Assembly (NCBI RefSeq): GCF_018350175.1
Contig: NC_058368.1
Span: 4,216,001-4,280,000 of the forward strand
Length of the DNA stretch: 64,000 nucleotides
Source: Felis catus
Taxonomy: Eukaryota
Direction: 5' to 3'
The stretch's first letter is position 1. Each line of letters begins with the position of its first letter. Positions 61,901-64,000 of this stretch are shown here, one piece after another. The notes under the pieces were generated by a model that worked only from the letters and a program-made list of their open reading frames with translations, was not told the origin of the DNA and did no database searches. The position numbers and the translations under genes are program-made.

Positions 61901-62383
61901 GACACAGACCTGCTGAGCTGATTGGCAGTGGGTCCGGGCGAGTTCCCTGTGCTCAGAGGAGCGTATGCGCAGATAGAGGTCTAGGCAAAGGTGTGCAGGT
62001 ATCTGTCCTACTGCGTGCTGGTTTGCAATTGCGTGTCAATACTTAACATTCGTTTTAAAAAAGGAAAACAGTAACTTCACAATATTTTTTCCTTTTTATA
62101 AAAGAGGTCACTTCTCATGAAAACTTTGGATACACGCAAAAACGTATAGATGTATATATGTAAACACATAATTTCTTCACATCTTTTTCTGTGTGCGTGT
62201 TTTTTATATGCTTTAGTATGTTTGTGGTTCTATAAAAATCAGAATTATATTTGTATGTAAATAGAAGTCTAGAAGGCTGTTCACCAAATGTTGACTGTTC
62301 ATTTCCAGTTTATAGGATGGGGTAATCTCTATTTGTAAATTTCTTATCTAATCCCACTCTTCTTAGTTTTTTTTTTTTCCTGT

Positions 62384-62582
62384 GGGGCACCTGGGTAACT
62401 CATTCGGTTGAGCGTCCAACTCGATTTCGGCTCAGGTCGTGATCTCACGGTTCCTGAGTTTGAGCCCCACATCAGGCTCTATGCTGACAGCTCGGAGCCT
62501 GCTTCAGATTCCGTGTCTCCCTCTCTCTCTGCCCCTCCCCTGCTCAGGCTCTGTCAGTCTCTCAAAAATAAACATTAAAAAG
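62384..62582 (+). mobile_element. CanSINE
   Basis: SINE body with tail. Confidence 0.9.
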
Positions 62583-62797
62583 GATTCTCTCTCTCTCTCT
62601 CCGCCCCCCCCCCCCCGACCAATCTCCCCTACTCATACTCTCTCTCTTCTGCCTAAAATAATTTTTTTCTTCAATAAACTCATATTATCTTTGTAACCAA
62701 AAATGTAAGCTGCCTCAGTGAACAAAATGGCTTGTAAAGCTGTGTACATACGTGTAGTTATTCCTTATGTTACATTCTCACCAGTAAAAAAATAATT

Positions 62798-62892
62798 GTG
62801 TGTGTGTGTGTGTGTGTGATGTGGATGTGTGTGGGGTGTGTGTGTAGATGTGTGATGTGTGTGGTGTGTGTGTGTGTCTGTGTCTGTGTGTG
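62798..62892. repeat. Degenerate (TG)n microsatellite
   Basis: Read directly. Confidence 0.9.
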
Positions 62893-62984
62893 AGAGGGCT
62901 GGAACATCTCTGTGCCCCTGTCCTGTACCACCAGGCCACTCAACAGAAACGTGCTATTTCTTCCGTCACGCGAGTCTCATTTTC

Positions 62985-63340
62985 TCGTGGTAAAACGTAT
63001 GTACCATAAAATGGCTGATTTTATCCTAGGGCCCAAGACCTGTATGTTCTACTGGGGCTAAACTGCAATGAAATAATATAAATATGGGTAATACAAGACG
63101 AATAAAATAAAATATATATAACATAAAATGTATCAGTCTAACATCAACTGTTCGGTTCGGTGGCATTAAGGACACTCCCACCGCTGTGCCACCCCCGCCA
63201 CCACCCACCTCCAGAACCCCTTCCCCTTCCCAAACTGAAACTCTGTCCCCGTTAAACAACAGCGCCCCCCCCCCGGCCCCAGGCGCCCCCCATGCCACTT
63301 CCGGGCTCTCTGGCTTTGGCTGCCACTCCAGGTACTTCAC
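62985..63340 (-). mobile_element. L1MB-type 3' end fragment(s)
   Basis: acataaaatg...ttcggtggcattaag...ccaaactgaaactctgtccccgttaaacaac. Confidence 0.7.
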
Positions 63341-64000
63341 AGAAGCGCTTGCTCATTTTTGTAAGGTAACAAAAGAGGGAGAGAATGAAACCTCGCATTT
63401 CCTTTCTCCAAAAAAGTCACCCAAGGGGGGAAAGGGCTGGGTTTTCCACAGCAACGTCGAACTGGTATTAAAGAGCAAGTTGCCAGCAGAACGCCTCGTG
63501 TCTCACGCCTCCGCTGACTTTCCCAGGGCCGGTTCACTTGATTCCGTCCCTGTGCTGTGACGAGGCCTGCAGCATCGACCGGGTGACTCTGGGCTGTAGA
63601 GTGCATTCCAAGACCACTCTTCAGGAGAGGTAACTCGGTATTTTTAATCCGCGTGATTCTATATCCCCTTGTGCAAATATGCGCTCTACTGATTTGCCAG
63701 TTTTCCCGCGAAACTATGAGAGATCATTGAAAGCAGGTTATTCGTGACATTCTGGACATCAGAGAGGGACAAATCTTTGGCAAGAGATAAGTAAGTCTCT
63801 CAAGGCTACTGATGCCCAGTGCAGTGTCCTTCACACGTTATGCTCCATTCGTTTCATTTTTTTCTCCTGTCCGTGATCTGTGACACTTCCGTCATCTGTA
63901 AGTAACGGTTAGCATGTCGTTTACCCATAGAATTTTAGAATAGCCATCAAGAAACTCAGTTAAGAGCAGGAAACCATATTTTAGACATCGGGTTAAGAAT

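Noticed and set aside
222..62696. Many similar ORFs (MAQSVKRPTSAQVMIS..., ...SLSLSLS, ...ERERER) suggesting a gene family
   Set aside because: All are translations of CanSINE bodies and their (CT)n tracts.
60417..64000. Further TNFRSF19 cytoplasmic exons
   Set aside because: No sequence matching the expected continuation was recognised; probably beyond the window.

Overview
Mammalian genomic DNA from a cat-family (Felidae) genome, judged from abundant felid CanSINE (SINEC_Fc-type) elements and felid-type L1 3' ends. The whole window lies inside one plus-strand gene, TNFRSF19 (TROY/TAJ). Five consecutive coding exons can be read directly: 480-590, 14529-14707, 25260-25345, 59680-59844 and 60291-60416. 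All introns are GT-AG with compatible phases. The exons encode the cysteine-rich ectodomain, the transmembrane helix and the start of the cytoplasmic tail; the start codon and 3' end lie outside the window. The rest is intron: about 37 tRNA-derived SINEs, L1/L2/MIR fragments, two MER31/MER67-like LTRs, MER3/MER33-like hAT elements and microsatellites. Nearly all ORFs in the supplied track are repeat-derived or chance ORFs. I cannot demonstrate a new biological system. The least explained stretch is a ~650-bp non-repetitive segment (56575-57221) bounded by a short inverted repeat and carrying antisense ORFs with protein-like composition; it is speculative and needs a homology search. Repeat names and protein comparisons come from memory of consensus sequences, not from a search, and repeat boundaries are approximate.
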